A stretch of 64,000 nucleotides of DNA from Candidatus Latescibacterota bacterium. Its GTDB lineage: Bacteria; Latescibacterota; UBA2968; GCA-2709665. The notes under the pieces are model-generated. The model was not told the DNA's origin, ran no database searches, and saw nothing but the letters and a program-made list of their open reading frames with translations. Both the position numbers and the translations under genes were made by a program. Below are positions 55,432 to 64,000 of this stretch, piece by piece. Each line of letters starts with the position of its first letter. Positions within the stretch are counted from its first letter, which is position 1. The stretch lies in contig OZ244937.1 in assembly GCA_965222075.1 (NCBI GenBank), positions 3,040,001-3,104,000 on the forward strand. Reading direction: 5' to 3'.

Positions 55432-56886
55432 TCAGGGAAAAAACGCCTTCCGGGGCACCAGCCGCTCCGGATTTTTCTCGTACCCGCGCTTCCACATCTC
55501 ATCAGCAAGCTGTCCACTCTCCATCAGCTCCCGCTTGCGTGCCCGCTGGTCCGCCTTGGCCCGCGCGTCGATCGCTTCGGGGCAGCAGATCCGGTAAAGC
55601 ATCCGCTGCATCCTTTCCTGTACCTGGGGGGCCTCTCTTCGCTCCATCACCAGATCGTGCATCTCGTGCGGGTCTTCCTCCAGGTCGAACAGCATCGGCC
55701 GCTCCCCCACACATTCGATATACTTGTACGGTCCCGAACGGATCGCGAACAGGCTGCCCGGATATCCGGCCCCGTGGTACTCGCACAGGGCGAAACCCGG
55801 CCCGGGCGCATCCTCCTCTCCCCGGATCAACCTTAGAAGGGACGTTCCCCGCATCTCCACCGGCAGATCCAGCCCCACGGCTTCGCAAAGCGTGGGAAAC
55901 ACATCCAGCATCGAAACCACTGCAGATTCGGCCTCCCCGGCCCGAACCCCGGGACCGGAGAACATCAGGGGTGGGCGGATCGACTCTTCGTACATCGCCC
56001 CGTGGTCGAAATTCCGGTGTTCTCCGCAGGTTCCCCCGTGGTCCGACGCGTACACAACCAGCGTCTCCTCCCGCAGCCCCGTCTCCTCCAGGGCCTGCAA
56101 CACCTGCCCCACATGCCGGTCCAGCATCTCGCAGGACGCGTGGTACCCCACCAGTGCCCGCCGCATCTCCTCGGGCGTTAGCAACTCCCCGACGTGGTGG
56201 CGGCCGTAGATCCGGTGGTAGGGGTGCAGGCGCGATCGGTCTTCGGTGAACCGCTCATCCAGACCCTCAAGCCTGACCAGAGGATCGTAGTGGTCCCACA
56301 GCTCCCGGGGCGGGTTCCAGGGCCGGTGGTGGTCGTTGAGATTCACCATCAGAATCCAGGGTCGGTCTGCCGGCCGGCCGTCCTTCAACCACCGGACCGC
56401 CGTCTCCGCCACTTCTCTATCCCCGGCATACGCATCCAGCGAATCCGCAGGCCCTGTCGCCCGGTGCTTGTGCAGCAGGTCGTACCGCGGCAGAATCTCC
56501 TGCGCGCGAAAAAGCGAGTGGATGTCCAGCTTATCCCGGTGCGTGGCCAGGTGCGTCTCTTCAACCCCGTGCTCGGCCCCGGGCTGAAAATCCAGCTTCC
56601 CGATCGTGGCCAGACGAACCCCCTGCTCCGCGAAATAGTGGCCCCACCCTCGAGGAACGCCCCCATACGCAAACACATTGTCCCACACCCCGGTCTCGTG
56701 CACATAACGCCCGGTCATCATCGCCGTCCGGGTGGGCGAACAAATCGGACTCAGACAGTACGCACACTCAAACCGCACCCCCCGTTCGGCCATGCTGTCG
56801 ATATGCGGCGTCCGGGTAATCGGGCTCCCATAACAACCGGCGAACTCCTTGTTGTGCTGGTCGCTCAGAATGTAGAGAACGTTCAT
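55432..56886 (-). CDS. Formylglycine-dependent sulfatase (choline-sulfatase-like S1 family)
   Basis: NVLYILSDQH, TPHID, CSPTR, GK.D, SDHG, MYEES.R.P and LFDL..DP.E motifs. Confidence 0.93.
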   Translation of the reverse strand: MNVLYILSDQHNKEFAGCYGSPITRTPHIDSMAERGVRFECAYCLSPICSPTRTAMMTGRYVHETGVWDNVFAYGGVPRGWGHYFAEQGVRLATIGKLDFQPGAEHGVEETHLATHRDKLDIHSLFRAQEILPRYDLLHKHRATGPADSLDAYAGDREVAETAVRWLKDGRPADRPWILMVNLNDHHRPWNPPRELWDHYDPLVRLEGLDERFTEDRSRLHPYHRIYGRHHVGELLTPEEMRRALVGYHASCEMLDRHVGQVLQALEETGLREETLVVYASDHGGTCGEHRNFDHGAMYEESIRPPLMFSGPGVRAGEAESAVVSMLDVFPTLCEAVGLDLPVEMRGTSLLRLIRGEEDAPGPGFALCEYHGAGYPGSLFAIRSGPYKYIECVGERPMLFDLEEDPHEMHDLVMERREAPQVQERMQRMLYRICCPEAIDARAKADQRARKRELMESGQLADEMWKRGYEKNPERLVPRKAFFP

Positions 56887-56978
56887 GTCCTCAACTCCCT
56901 CAGGCGAATGTTCCGATACGCCCACCGGCCCGTGGTCCCCCTGCAGCACCACAGAACGATATTCGGTCGCTCCGGCAT
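56883..56978 (-). pseudogene. Deletion scar: sulfatase-like start fused to DUF1080-like C-terminus
   Basis: MPERPNIVL then (shifted frame) VLQGDHGPV and AYRNIRLREL*; its stop overlaps the sulfatase ATG. Confidence 0.55.
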
Positions 56979-57070
56979 AACGCGCTCCGTAAAAAAAGTG
57001 TTGCGTATTCCAAATTTTTACATAGATTTATACGTTCTGCAGATATTCAGGTATTGTTTCCAAAACCTCT

Positions 57071-57147
57071 AAACCGCAGAAACGCGAAGATCGCAAAGAG
57101 GAATCAATCTTCAATTTCTCTGCGTCCTCTGCGTCTCTGCGGTGAAA
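57071..57147. repeat. Imperfect palindrome of 9-mer units (ACCGCAGA..CGC..AG / CTCTGCGTCCTCTGCGTCTCTGCGGT)
   Basis: Inverted arms with ~9-nt periodicity upstream of the S1 gene. Confidence 0.7.
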
Positions 57148-57160
57148 AAGGAAGTCCCGC

Positions 57161-58378
57161 ATGAACGAATCGCACGACATCAATCAACTCGACAAAAAAT
57201 ACGCCGAAGAAGCCCCCAGCGCCGAATTTGCGGCCCTCCTGGACCAGGATGCCTCCCGCAGCTGCCGGGAACTCTCCGTAGGGGAGCGGGGCATCGGCAA
57301 GATCCAGAAAATCGAGGGCACCCACGCCTTTGTCGACTACGGCGGGCGCAGCGAAGCCGTCATCGACATCCAGGAACTCCGGAACGACATGGGAGAACTC
57401 CTCTACACCCCCGGCGACACCATCGAAGCCTACGTCGCATCCGTCGAAGGCGAAGTCCGCTTCACCCTCTCCCTTCGCGCCGGCAGCTTCGAAATCCTCA
57501 GACAGGCCTACCAGAACGGCGTCCCCGTGGACGGGCGTGTGACCGGCTTCAACTCGGGCGGCCTCGTGGTAAACCTGGGCGGGAAACGCGCCTTCTGCCC
57601 CACCTCTCAGATCGACACAGGCTACTGCGAAGACCTCGCGTCCTACGCCAGCCAGACCCTCACCTTCAAAATCGTCGAACTCCGCAAAAACAACATCGTC
57701 CTCTCCCGGCGGGCCTATTTAGAGGCCGAAGCCGCCCGCCGTGCCCAGGAACTCCGCGCCAGGCTATCCAAAGGGGCCGAAATGGACGGCAAAGTGACCC
57801 GCGTCGAACGCTTCGGCGCCTTTGTGGACTTAGGCGGTGTCGAAGGCCTCATCCACGTCTCCGAACTCCAGCACAGCCGCGTGGGTCACCCCCGCGATGT
57901 CATCTCCACCGGAGACGAAGTAAGGGTCAAAATCCTCGAACTCAAAGGCCTCGGGGGAGACAAAGAACGCATCTCCCTCTCCATAAAAGCCCTCCAGCCC
58001 GATCCCTGGGACGACGCCCTGGACCGCTTCCGCGAGGGGGACATCGTCACCGGCAAGGTCGTCTCCATTCAGCAGTTCGGGGCCTTCGTCGAACTCCTCC
58101 CGGGCGTCGAGGGCCTCGTCCACATCTCTCAACTCGCAACCAATCGCGTCTCCCGTCCCGGCGAGGTCGTCTCGGTCGGCCAGGAGGTCCAGGCCCTCAT
58201 CCAGAAGGTCGACCGCGACCAGAAACGCATCTCCCTCTCCATAAAAGCCCTCCAGCAACAGGCCAAACAGACCGCCGAGACCCAGGAGATCAAGAACTTC
58301 CAGGCCAAGCAGGAGAAAGCGCCCGAAGACAGGGGCGGCCCCATGGCCGATGCCCTCCGCCGGGCCGGACTGATTTAA
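57161..58378 (+). CDS. S1 RNA-binding-domain protein (short ribosomal protein S1-like, four S1 domains)
   Basis: Repeated FGAFV.L..GVEGL.H.S.L and RISLSIKAL. Confidence 0.9.
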   Translation: MNESHDINQLDKKYAEEAPSAEFAALLDQDASRSCRELSVGERGIGKIQKIEGTHAFVDYGGRSEAVIDIQELRNDMGELLYTPGDTIEAYVASVEGEVRFTLSLRAGSFEILRQAYQNGVPVDGRVTGFNSGGLVVNLGGKRAFCPTSQIDTGYCEDLASYASQTLTFKIVELRKNNIVLSRRAYLEAEAARRAQELRARLSKGAEMDGKVTRVERFGAFVDLGGVEGLIHVSELQHSRVGHPRDVISTGDEVRVKILELKGLGGDKERISLSIKALQPDPWDDALDRFREGDIVTGKVVSIQQFGAFVELLPGVEGLVHISQLATNRVSRPGEVVSVGQEVQALIQKVDRDQKRISLSIKALQQQAKQTAETQEIKNFQAKQEKAPEDRGGPMADALRRAGLI

Positions 58379-58526
58379 AAGAAATTGTAGAATGCGGATT
58401 GCGGAATAAAAGACGTTCAATCCGCAATCCAGGGAGGGGAGACGATCCGGTGAGCCGGAGGCGGGCCTGCGCAGACAGGCGTTAGCCAATCGTCCGGAGA
58501 GGGGCAATGACTCTGCCCCCGATAAA

Positions 58527-58880
58527 ATGCCCCAATCACCCGCCTGCGGAACCGATCTGGAAACCCTCCAAAAAGAAGTCGAAGTCCACACCTTCCGGGG
58601 CAGTGGGCCAGGGGGCCAGCACCGAAACAAGGTGGAAAGCGCCGTCCGGCTGGTCCACATCCCCTCCGGCATCACCGTGGTCGCATCCGACTACCGGCTG
58701 CAGGGCCGCAACCGGGACCTGGCCTTCCAGCGGCTCCGGGAAAAGCTCATCCGACGAAACCGAAAGCCCAAGCCCCGCATCGCCACAAAACCCTCCCGGG
58801 CGGCAAGGGCCAGACGCTTAGAGCAAAAACGCCAGCAGGCTCGAAAAAAGGCCTTTCGGCGGCGCATATTTACGGAATAA
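58527..58880 (+). CDS. Peptidyl-tRNA hydrolase, class I release-factor-like (ArfB/YaeJ type)
   Basis: GSGPGGQHRNKVESAVRL.H.P.GI motif plus basic tail R..TKPSRA...RRLEQK. Confidence 0.88.
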   Translation: MPQSPACGTDLETLQKEVEVHTFRGSGPGGQHRNKVESAVRLVHIPSGITVVASDYRLQGRNRDLAFQRLREKLIRRNRKPKPRIATKPSRAARARRLEQKRQQARKKAFRRRIFTE

Positions 58881-58886
58881 AAAAGG

Positions 58887-59924
58887 CTACAAGTCGCTGT
58901 ACCCTGCCTTAAAATGGTCGAACCCTGACATTTCCAGTTCCTTCCGCCCCCCTTCAACATCTTCTAAAAAAATCGTCGCCTCCCCCGCCTCAATCCGTCC
59001 AATCGGACAGATCGCTGGCAAGTCCTCCCACGCTTTAAGCGCCTCGACCCGCTCGGCCCGCTCGGGGTCCACCGTAAACAGCAGCTCATAGTCTTCCCCT
59101 CCCGAAAGCGCCGGGAACAGGGGGTCGGTCTCCGTAGCCTCACAGAAGGCCCGAAGAGCCGGTGAGAGCGGCACTGCGTCGGCTGCAACCACCGCCGACA
59201 CCCCGCTCTGCTTGCAGACGTGCCGCAGGTCCGAAGCGGCTCCATCCGAAAGGTCGATCATCGCCGTCACCGCGCCGGTTGCCGCAAGCGCCTGCCCCAG
59301 AGCGACCCTCGGCTTCGGCCGGTGGTGCCGGCGCAGCAGAAACGCCCTATCTTCTTCTGAAATCTCCACATCCTCTCCCAGCGTCAGCTTCAGCCCCGCC
59401 GCCGAATCCCCCAGCGTGCCCGAAACATAAACCAGGTCTCCAGGTCGCGCACCCGAACGGTAGCGCACCCGATCCCTCGCCATCTCCCCGGTCAGCGTCA
59501 GATTCAGCACCAGCGGCCCCGGGCTGCGTGTGGTATCCCCCCCGGCCACGTTCACCCCGAACCGCGAGGCGCATGCATGCAACCCGTTGTAGACCCGCTC
59601 CATATACCCCGCATCGAAATCGGCCGGAATCGCGGCCGAAACCACCGCATCGCGCGGTTCTCCCCCCATCGCGGCGACATCCGAGAGATTCACTGCCAGC
59701 AGCTTGTACCCCAACCCCTCAAGCGCCGTCGCCGCCACTAAAAAGTGGACCTCCTCCACCATCAGGTCCGCCGTTACAAGCAGCGCCCTCTCCTCCCCCA
59801 GTTCAAAAACCGCGCAGTCGTCCCCGATCCCGCACAGCACCCCCTCCTCCCGCACCAGCCCGTGACGTGCAATACGGTCGATAAACCCCAACTCGCCCAG
59901 GTCTTTAAAAGTAGGCACACACAC
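58887..59924 (-). CDS. thiL: Thiamine-monophosphate kinase
   Basis: GE..FI, GIGDDCA, VNLSDVAAMG, GGDT, DLSDG and GGEDYELLFT motifs. Confidence 0.95.
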   Translation of the reverse strand: MCVPTFKDLGELGFIDRIARHGLVREEGVLCGIGDDCAVFELGEERALLVTADLMVEEVHFLVAATALEGLGYKLLAVNLSDVAAMGGEPRDAVVSAAIPADFDAGYMERVYNGLHACASRFGVNVAGGDTTRSPGPLVLNLTLTGEMARDRVRYRSGARPGDLVYVSGTLGDSAAGLKLTLGEDVEISEEDRAFLLRRHHRPKPRVALGQALAATGAVTAMIDLSDGAASDLRHVCKQSGVSAVVAADAVPLSPALRAFCEATETDPLFPALSGGEDYELLFTVDPERAERVEALKAWEDLPAICPIGRIEAGEATIFLEDVEGGRKELEMSGFDHFKAGYSDL

Positions 59925-59946
59925 CCCTTTCTCTCAGCCACCTAAT

Positions 59947-60018
59947 CAGTCCCGAGTCTCAGGTCCCAAGGCCCGGGTCCCTCCCTTCCCCTCAGCTTCT
60001 GTCTTTTGACTCCTGACT
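59947..60018. repeat. Degenerate heptamer repeats (CAGTCCC/GAGTCTC/AGGTCCC/AAGGCCC/GGGTCCC; TCTGTCT/TTTGACT/CCTGACT)
   Basis: 7-nt periodicity between hisA and thiL. Confidence 0.55.
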
Positions 60019-60780
60019 TTCCTCCTTCCTCTGCCATTCCACCACCTCCCGATACGCCACATCGCCCCCGAAAATATCCAGCGCGCTCCCGATCGTCAGA
60101 TCCACCCGGCCCTTCCCCAGCGCCTTCACCCGGTCCAGATCGTCCAGACTCCGGGCGCCTCCTGCGTACGTCACGGGGATCGGCGACCAGGCCTCCAGTG
60201 CCTTCACCAGCGCCTCCTCGATCCCCACCCGCCGGCCCTCCACATCCACGCCGTGCACCAGGAATTTGTCGCAGTACCGGGCCAGCCGGGCCAGGGTCTC
60301 GCGGGTCACCTCCACCTGCGTAAACCGCTGCCACCGGTCGGTCACCACCACATAGGCCTCGCCCCGCCGCCGGCAGCTCAGGTCCAGCACCAGCCGCCTC
60401 CGCCCCACCCTCGTCGCCATCCCGTTGAGCCGGTCGGTATCGACCCGGCCCTCCCGGAAGACGTAGGACGTCACAATCACGTGGCTGGCTCCCGCATCCA
60501 GGTAGCGCCCTGCGTTCGCCGGCGTAATCCCGCCCCCCACCTGCAACCCGCCCGGATAGGCCGCCAGCGCGGCAAGCGCCTCGGCCTCATTCCCCTTCCC
60601 CAGCATAATCACGTGCCCCCCGCGCAGGCCGTCCACCCGGTACATCCGCGCGTAATCCGCAGCGGACCGCTCCGTCTCAAAATGCGTCACCGGTCCCTTC
60701 GGGTCGCCCTCCCGCAGGGAGCCCCCCACGATCTGCACGACCCGCCCCCCGCGCAGGTCGATACACGGTCTGAATCTCAT
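59992..60780 (-). CDS. hisA: ProFAR isomerase, eukaryotic-like (His6) type
   Basis: MRFRPCIDL..G.V.QIVGG, GGHVIMLG, LQVGGGI, GASHVIVTSYVF, HGVDVEG and DLTIGSALDIFGG motifs. Confidence 0.92.
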   Translation of the reverse strand: MRFRPCIDLRGGRVVQIVGGSLREGDPKGPVTHFETERSAADYARMYRVDGLRGGHVIMLGKGNEAEALAALAAYPGGLQVGGGITPANAGRYLDAGASHVIVTSYVFREGRVDTDRLNGMATRVGRRRLVLDLSCRRRGEAYVVVTDRWQRFTQVEVTRETLARLARYCDKFLVHGVDVEGRRVGIEEALVKALEAWSPIPVTYAGGARSLDDLDRVKALGKGRVDLTIGSALDIFGGDVAYREVVEWQRKEESQESKDRS

Positions 60781-60819
60781 GGGTCTCCTTTGCTGAGTGG
60801 AAACGTACTCCTCTATGGA

Positions 60820-60850
60820 AAAGGCCAGAGGATCTCACCCCTGGCCTTTC
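60820..60850 (-). terminator. Probable terminator after RND permease
   Basis: AAAGGCCAG...CTGGCCTTT hairpin with T-run. Confidence 0.55.
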
Positions 60851-60875
60851 TGTTCGAAAGCCTCTGCCCTCCTGC

Positions 60876-63800
60876 TCAACCGTCGGCCTGAGCGCCTCTG
60901 TAAGAAACCGCCTCAGACCGGGAAAACACGGCCACAATAATTCGGCGTAGGATCATCCGGAGGTCGTCCAGATACGTATAGAAGAGCGGCACCACAAACA
61001 GGGTGAGGAACGTGGAGCAGAGCAATCCCCCCATCATCGTGCGGCCCAACGGCGCGTAGGGAATGCCGATCAGGTTGCTGTTTCCTATGGACATCGGCAA
61101 CAGCCCGAAGACCGTCGTAAAAGTGGTCATCAGGATCGGCCGGAAGCGGTTGTGCCCGGCCTCCCGGATCGCCTCTGTCCGGTCCATGCCATCGGCCCGC
61201 AGCCGGTTGACCATATCCACCAGTACAATCGCGTTGTTCACCACCACCCCAATCAGCACAATAAGTCCGATAGTGGCCATCATGCCAAACGGTGTATTCG
61301 TCAAAAAAAGGGTCCAGTAGACGCCTAAGAAGGCGAAAGGGATGGAAAAGAGCACCGAAAAGGGCAAAACGAACGACTCGAAGAGCACGCCCATCAGCAG
61401 GAACACACTCACAATCGCCATCGCCAGGGCGAACCCCATCTCGTTGTCCGATTCCTTGAACTTCGCATAACGTTCCCCCTTGTTCCAGGAGTAGCCCCGG
61501 GGCATCGCAAACCCCTCCATAGCCTGGTCGATCTCCCCGTAGAGCCCCTTCAGGTCGTCCTTGGTGGTAAACGCAAACACCCGCAGCCGGGTCTTCCCGT
61601 CTTCCCGCCGGATGGTCCCGCTGCCCTTGGCAACCGTTAAACTCGCAAACTCGGCCAGCGGGATCTCCTCTCCCGATCTGGACCGGAAGCTAAAATTCTT
61701 GAGCTGGTGCAGCGTCTGCCGGTCCACCTTTTCCAGGTAAAGCCGCGTACGGACCTCCCGCTCCCCGGACTGGTATGGGGGCAGGTTGACCCCCCCCAAT
61801 CCGTAGGCGAGGCTGCGCCCCACCAGCTGCGGCGAGATCCCGTACCTCTGCGCCCGCTCCCGGTCGATGCGCACCTGCACCTCGTCGTTCGCCCGCTCTA
61901 AGTCGGTGTCTACGCTGATCACCGACGGGATCGCCCGCAACCGCCGCTCCACCTCTTCGGTCATCCCGGCCAGCACCTCCGTATCGTTTCCGTAGAGGTA
62001 GATCGACACCGACGGATCGCCCGATCCCCTGCCCCGGCTCTGCACACCAACGCGCACCCCCACAAACTTTGGGACATGCTTTTTCAGGTCTTTGATCACC
62101 GCCTTCCGGTCCATCCGAGCGTCAACCGGATAGCCCAGCTTCGCCTGCAGATCCTTGTAGGCCACATACCACCACGCCTCGTCCGGGTTCGCCTTCAAAA
62201 AGATGGTGAACCGCCCGTAAGTCCGCCTGAACCAGAGCCGTATTGTCCGGATGCCGTAGGCCTCCCGTTTGGTGTTCAGAAAGTCCTCCATCTCCATCAA
62301 GACATCGTAGGTTTCCAACATTGAGAAATTCCTTGGCGGATAAACCCGGATGTGGATGTCGTTGATGTTTCCCCGCGCCGAGTCCGTCCGCTTGAGCTTG
62401 CCGGACGGATAAAGGATGGTGGCGAACACCGCCAACACGATCAGAAGGGTGTCCCTCCGGTGCCTCAGCGTCCACCCCAGCGCCTGGCCGTACACCCTCC
62501 GGGCCCACCCGATCGACTTCGGGTCCTGTTTGACCCGATGCCCGCCAAACCGCACCCCGGCCAGCGGGATAAAGAGCAGGGCCACAAACAGCGATCCGAC
62601 CAGCATAATCATCACCGGCACCCCGATCCTGGACAACTGAAACGCCATCCACGCGTTGCGGCCCATCAGCATCAGAGGCAGGAACACCACCACCGTCGTC
62701 AGCGTAGCCATGATAATCGCCAGCGCCACCTCGCTCGCCCCCCGAATCGACGCCTCCCGGGGCGCCTCTCCTTTTTCCCGCATCCGATAGATATTCTCTA
62801 AGATCACAATCGCGTTGTCCACCACCATTCCCACCCCCACCATCAACCCCATCATCGTGACCATATTCAGGGACCAGTCCACAAAGTAAAGCACCATCAT
62901 CGTGATCATAACACACAGCGGGATGGCCAGGGTGATAATCGCCGTCATCCGCACCGTCCGCAGGAAAAACAGCAGCACCATCGCCGCGAAGAACCCGCCC
63001 CACAGCGCCGTATTCTGCAGATTCCGGATCGATTGCCGGATGAACTGCCCATCGTTGAAAAAGACGTTGAACGCCAGCCCGGCCGTAGCCGGCTGTGCCT
63101 CGATCCGCTCCAGCGCCTCCACCACCCGGTCGCAGATCGCCACGATGTTGCCCCCGGACTCCCGCTTGACCTCAAGCGACGCCGCCATCCGCCCGTCGAT
63201 CCGCTGGTACCCCCAGCGCGCCGGCGACACATCGTAGACCACGTCGGCGACCTCCTTCAGCCGCACCTGGCCGTTGCGGCCGCGGATTGGAATGTTCCCG
63301 ATCTCTTCCAGGGTGCGGTACTTCGCCACGGACCTCACGTAGAACCGCTTCCCGTCCTCGTGCACGTACCCCCCGGCAATCGCAAAGTTGTCCGACCGCA
63401 GCGCCTGCACCAGTTCATAGGTGTTTACGCCCCGTGAGCGCAGCCGCTCCTGATCGACTTCGACCATCACCTCCTTCTCGTTAACGCCCCAGAAGTCGAC
63501 TTTGGCCACCCCGTCGATCCGCTCTAAGGGACGCTGCACGTGGGTCTCTAAGAAACGGTACGGGTCCACAATAGAAGAATCGATCGCCACCCCGACCCAC
63601 ATAATCTCCGCGTCCCCCTCCTCATTGCGCTTCCAGACAAAGGTCTTGTCCCGGGCCTCCTCCGGCAGCTGCGGCTTGAGCCGCTCCAGCCGGTCCATGA
63701 CCTGGTTGTAGGCCAGCTCCATATCCGCATCTTGCCGAAACCGCAACGGCGCGCCAACGCCCCAGGTGCCGCTGTACGTCCGGATTTGCTCGATCCCCTT

Positions 63801-64000
63801 TACCGTCCGGAGGGTCTCCTCCAGGGGCCGAGCAATCTGCTGCTCCACCTCCTGAGGCGTGGCCCCCGGATACCCGATGCGCATCCAGAGAAATCGGGGC
63901 ATAAACCCGGACGGGAAGAGCTGTACCGAAATGCGGGTATAGGCCATCGCGCCCACCACCAGCAGGGCCACCAGACACATCGTCACCGTCACCGGACGGG
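60876..64000 (-). CDS. RND efflux transporter permease (AcrB/CzcA family), 5' end outside window
   Basis: RPV N-terminal motif at the window edge, GMVVDNAIV..ENI, GVVVNNAIVLVD, RFRPILMTT; 12-TM pattern. Confidence 0.93.
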   Translation of the reverse strand, partial: RPVTVTMCLVALLVVGAMAYTRISVQLFPSGFMPRFLWMRIGYPGATPQEVEQQIARPLEETLRTVKGIEQIRTYSGTWGVGAPLRFRQDADMELAYNQVMDRLERLKPQLPEEARDKTFVWKRNEEGDAEIMWVGVAIDSSIVDPYRFLETHVQRPLERIDGVAKVDFWGVNEKEVMVEVDQERLRSRGVNTYELVQALRSDNFAIAGGYVHEDGKRFYVRSVAKYRTLEEIGNIPIRGRNGQVRLKEVADVVYDVSPARWGYQRIDGRMAASLEVKRESGGNIVAICDRVVEALERIEAQPATAGLAFNVFFNDGQFIRQSIRNLQNTALWGGFFAAMVLLFFLRTVRMTAIITLAIPLCVMITMMVLYFVDWSLNMVTMMGLMVGVGMVVDNAIVILENIYRMREKGEAPREASIRGASEVALAIIMATLTTVVVFLPLMLMGRNAWMAFQLSRIGVPVMIMLVGSLFVALLFIPLAGVRFGGHRVKQDPKSIGWARRVYGQALGWTLRHRRDTLLIVLAVFATILYPSGKLKRTDSARGNINDIHIRVYPPRNFSMLETYDVLMEMEDFLNTKREAYGIRTIRLWFRRTYGRFTIFLKANPDEAWWYVAYKDLQAKLGYPVDARMDRKAVIKDLKKHVPKFVGVRVGVQSRGRGSGDPSVSIYLYGNDTEVLAGMTEEVERRLRAIPSVISVDTDLERANDEVQVRIDRERAQRYGISPQLVGRSLAYGLGGVNLPPYQSGEREVRTRLYLEKVDRQTLHQLKNFSFRSRSGEEIPLAEFASLTVAKGSGTIRREDGKTRLRVFAFTTKDDLKGLYGEIDQAMEGFAMPRGYSWNKGERYAKFKESDNEMGFALAMAIVSVFLLMGVLFESFVLPFSVLFSIPFAFLGVYWTLFLTNTPFGMMATIGLIVLIGVVVNNAIVLVDMVNRLRADGMDRTEAIREAGHNRFRPILMTTFTTVFGLLPMSIGNSNLIGIPYAPLGRTMMGGLLCSTFLTLFVVPLFYTYLDDLRMILRRIIVAVFSRSEAVSYRGAQADG

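Overview
GC-rich bacterial chromosome segment. The host is probably a diderm FCB-superphylum organism such as Ca. Latescibacterota; this is inferred from a PorV-type protein, a T9SS-like C-terminal domain and a dockerin-like EF-hand repeat protein. Layout: (1) 1-7.5 kb: tRNA-Gln, gltX, a repeat-invaded outer-membrane beta-barrel gene, and two tRNA-Ser genes flanking a small accessory region (MBL hydrolase, RelE/HigA-type toxin-antitoxin pair, stand-alone TIR protein). (2) 7.7-18.5 kb: housekeeping run of acpS, nnr, a hypothetical gene, carB split into two genes, a TPR lipoprotein fused to two TonB C-terminal domains, pyrK, pyrD and rlpA. (3) 20.3-56.9 kb: a single-strand ~36 kb catabolic locus. 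It holds a sulfatase, a FadR/GntR regulator with a visible operator, a TonB-dependent receptor + T9SS-CTD-bearing protein + PorV trio, two homocysteine-methyltransferase-like paralogs (one lacking all Zn cysteines), five heparinase II/III-family proteins (four are mosaic tandem paralogs with a CxxC/CxxC module) and accessory hydrolases, oxidoreductases and an aminotransferase. (4) 57-64 kb: S1-domain protein, ArfB-like release factor, thiL, His6-type hisA and a partial RND permease. No CRISPR array, rRNA, transposase or integrase was recognised. All family calls come from motif recognition by eye, not database searches.
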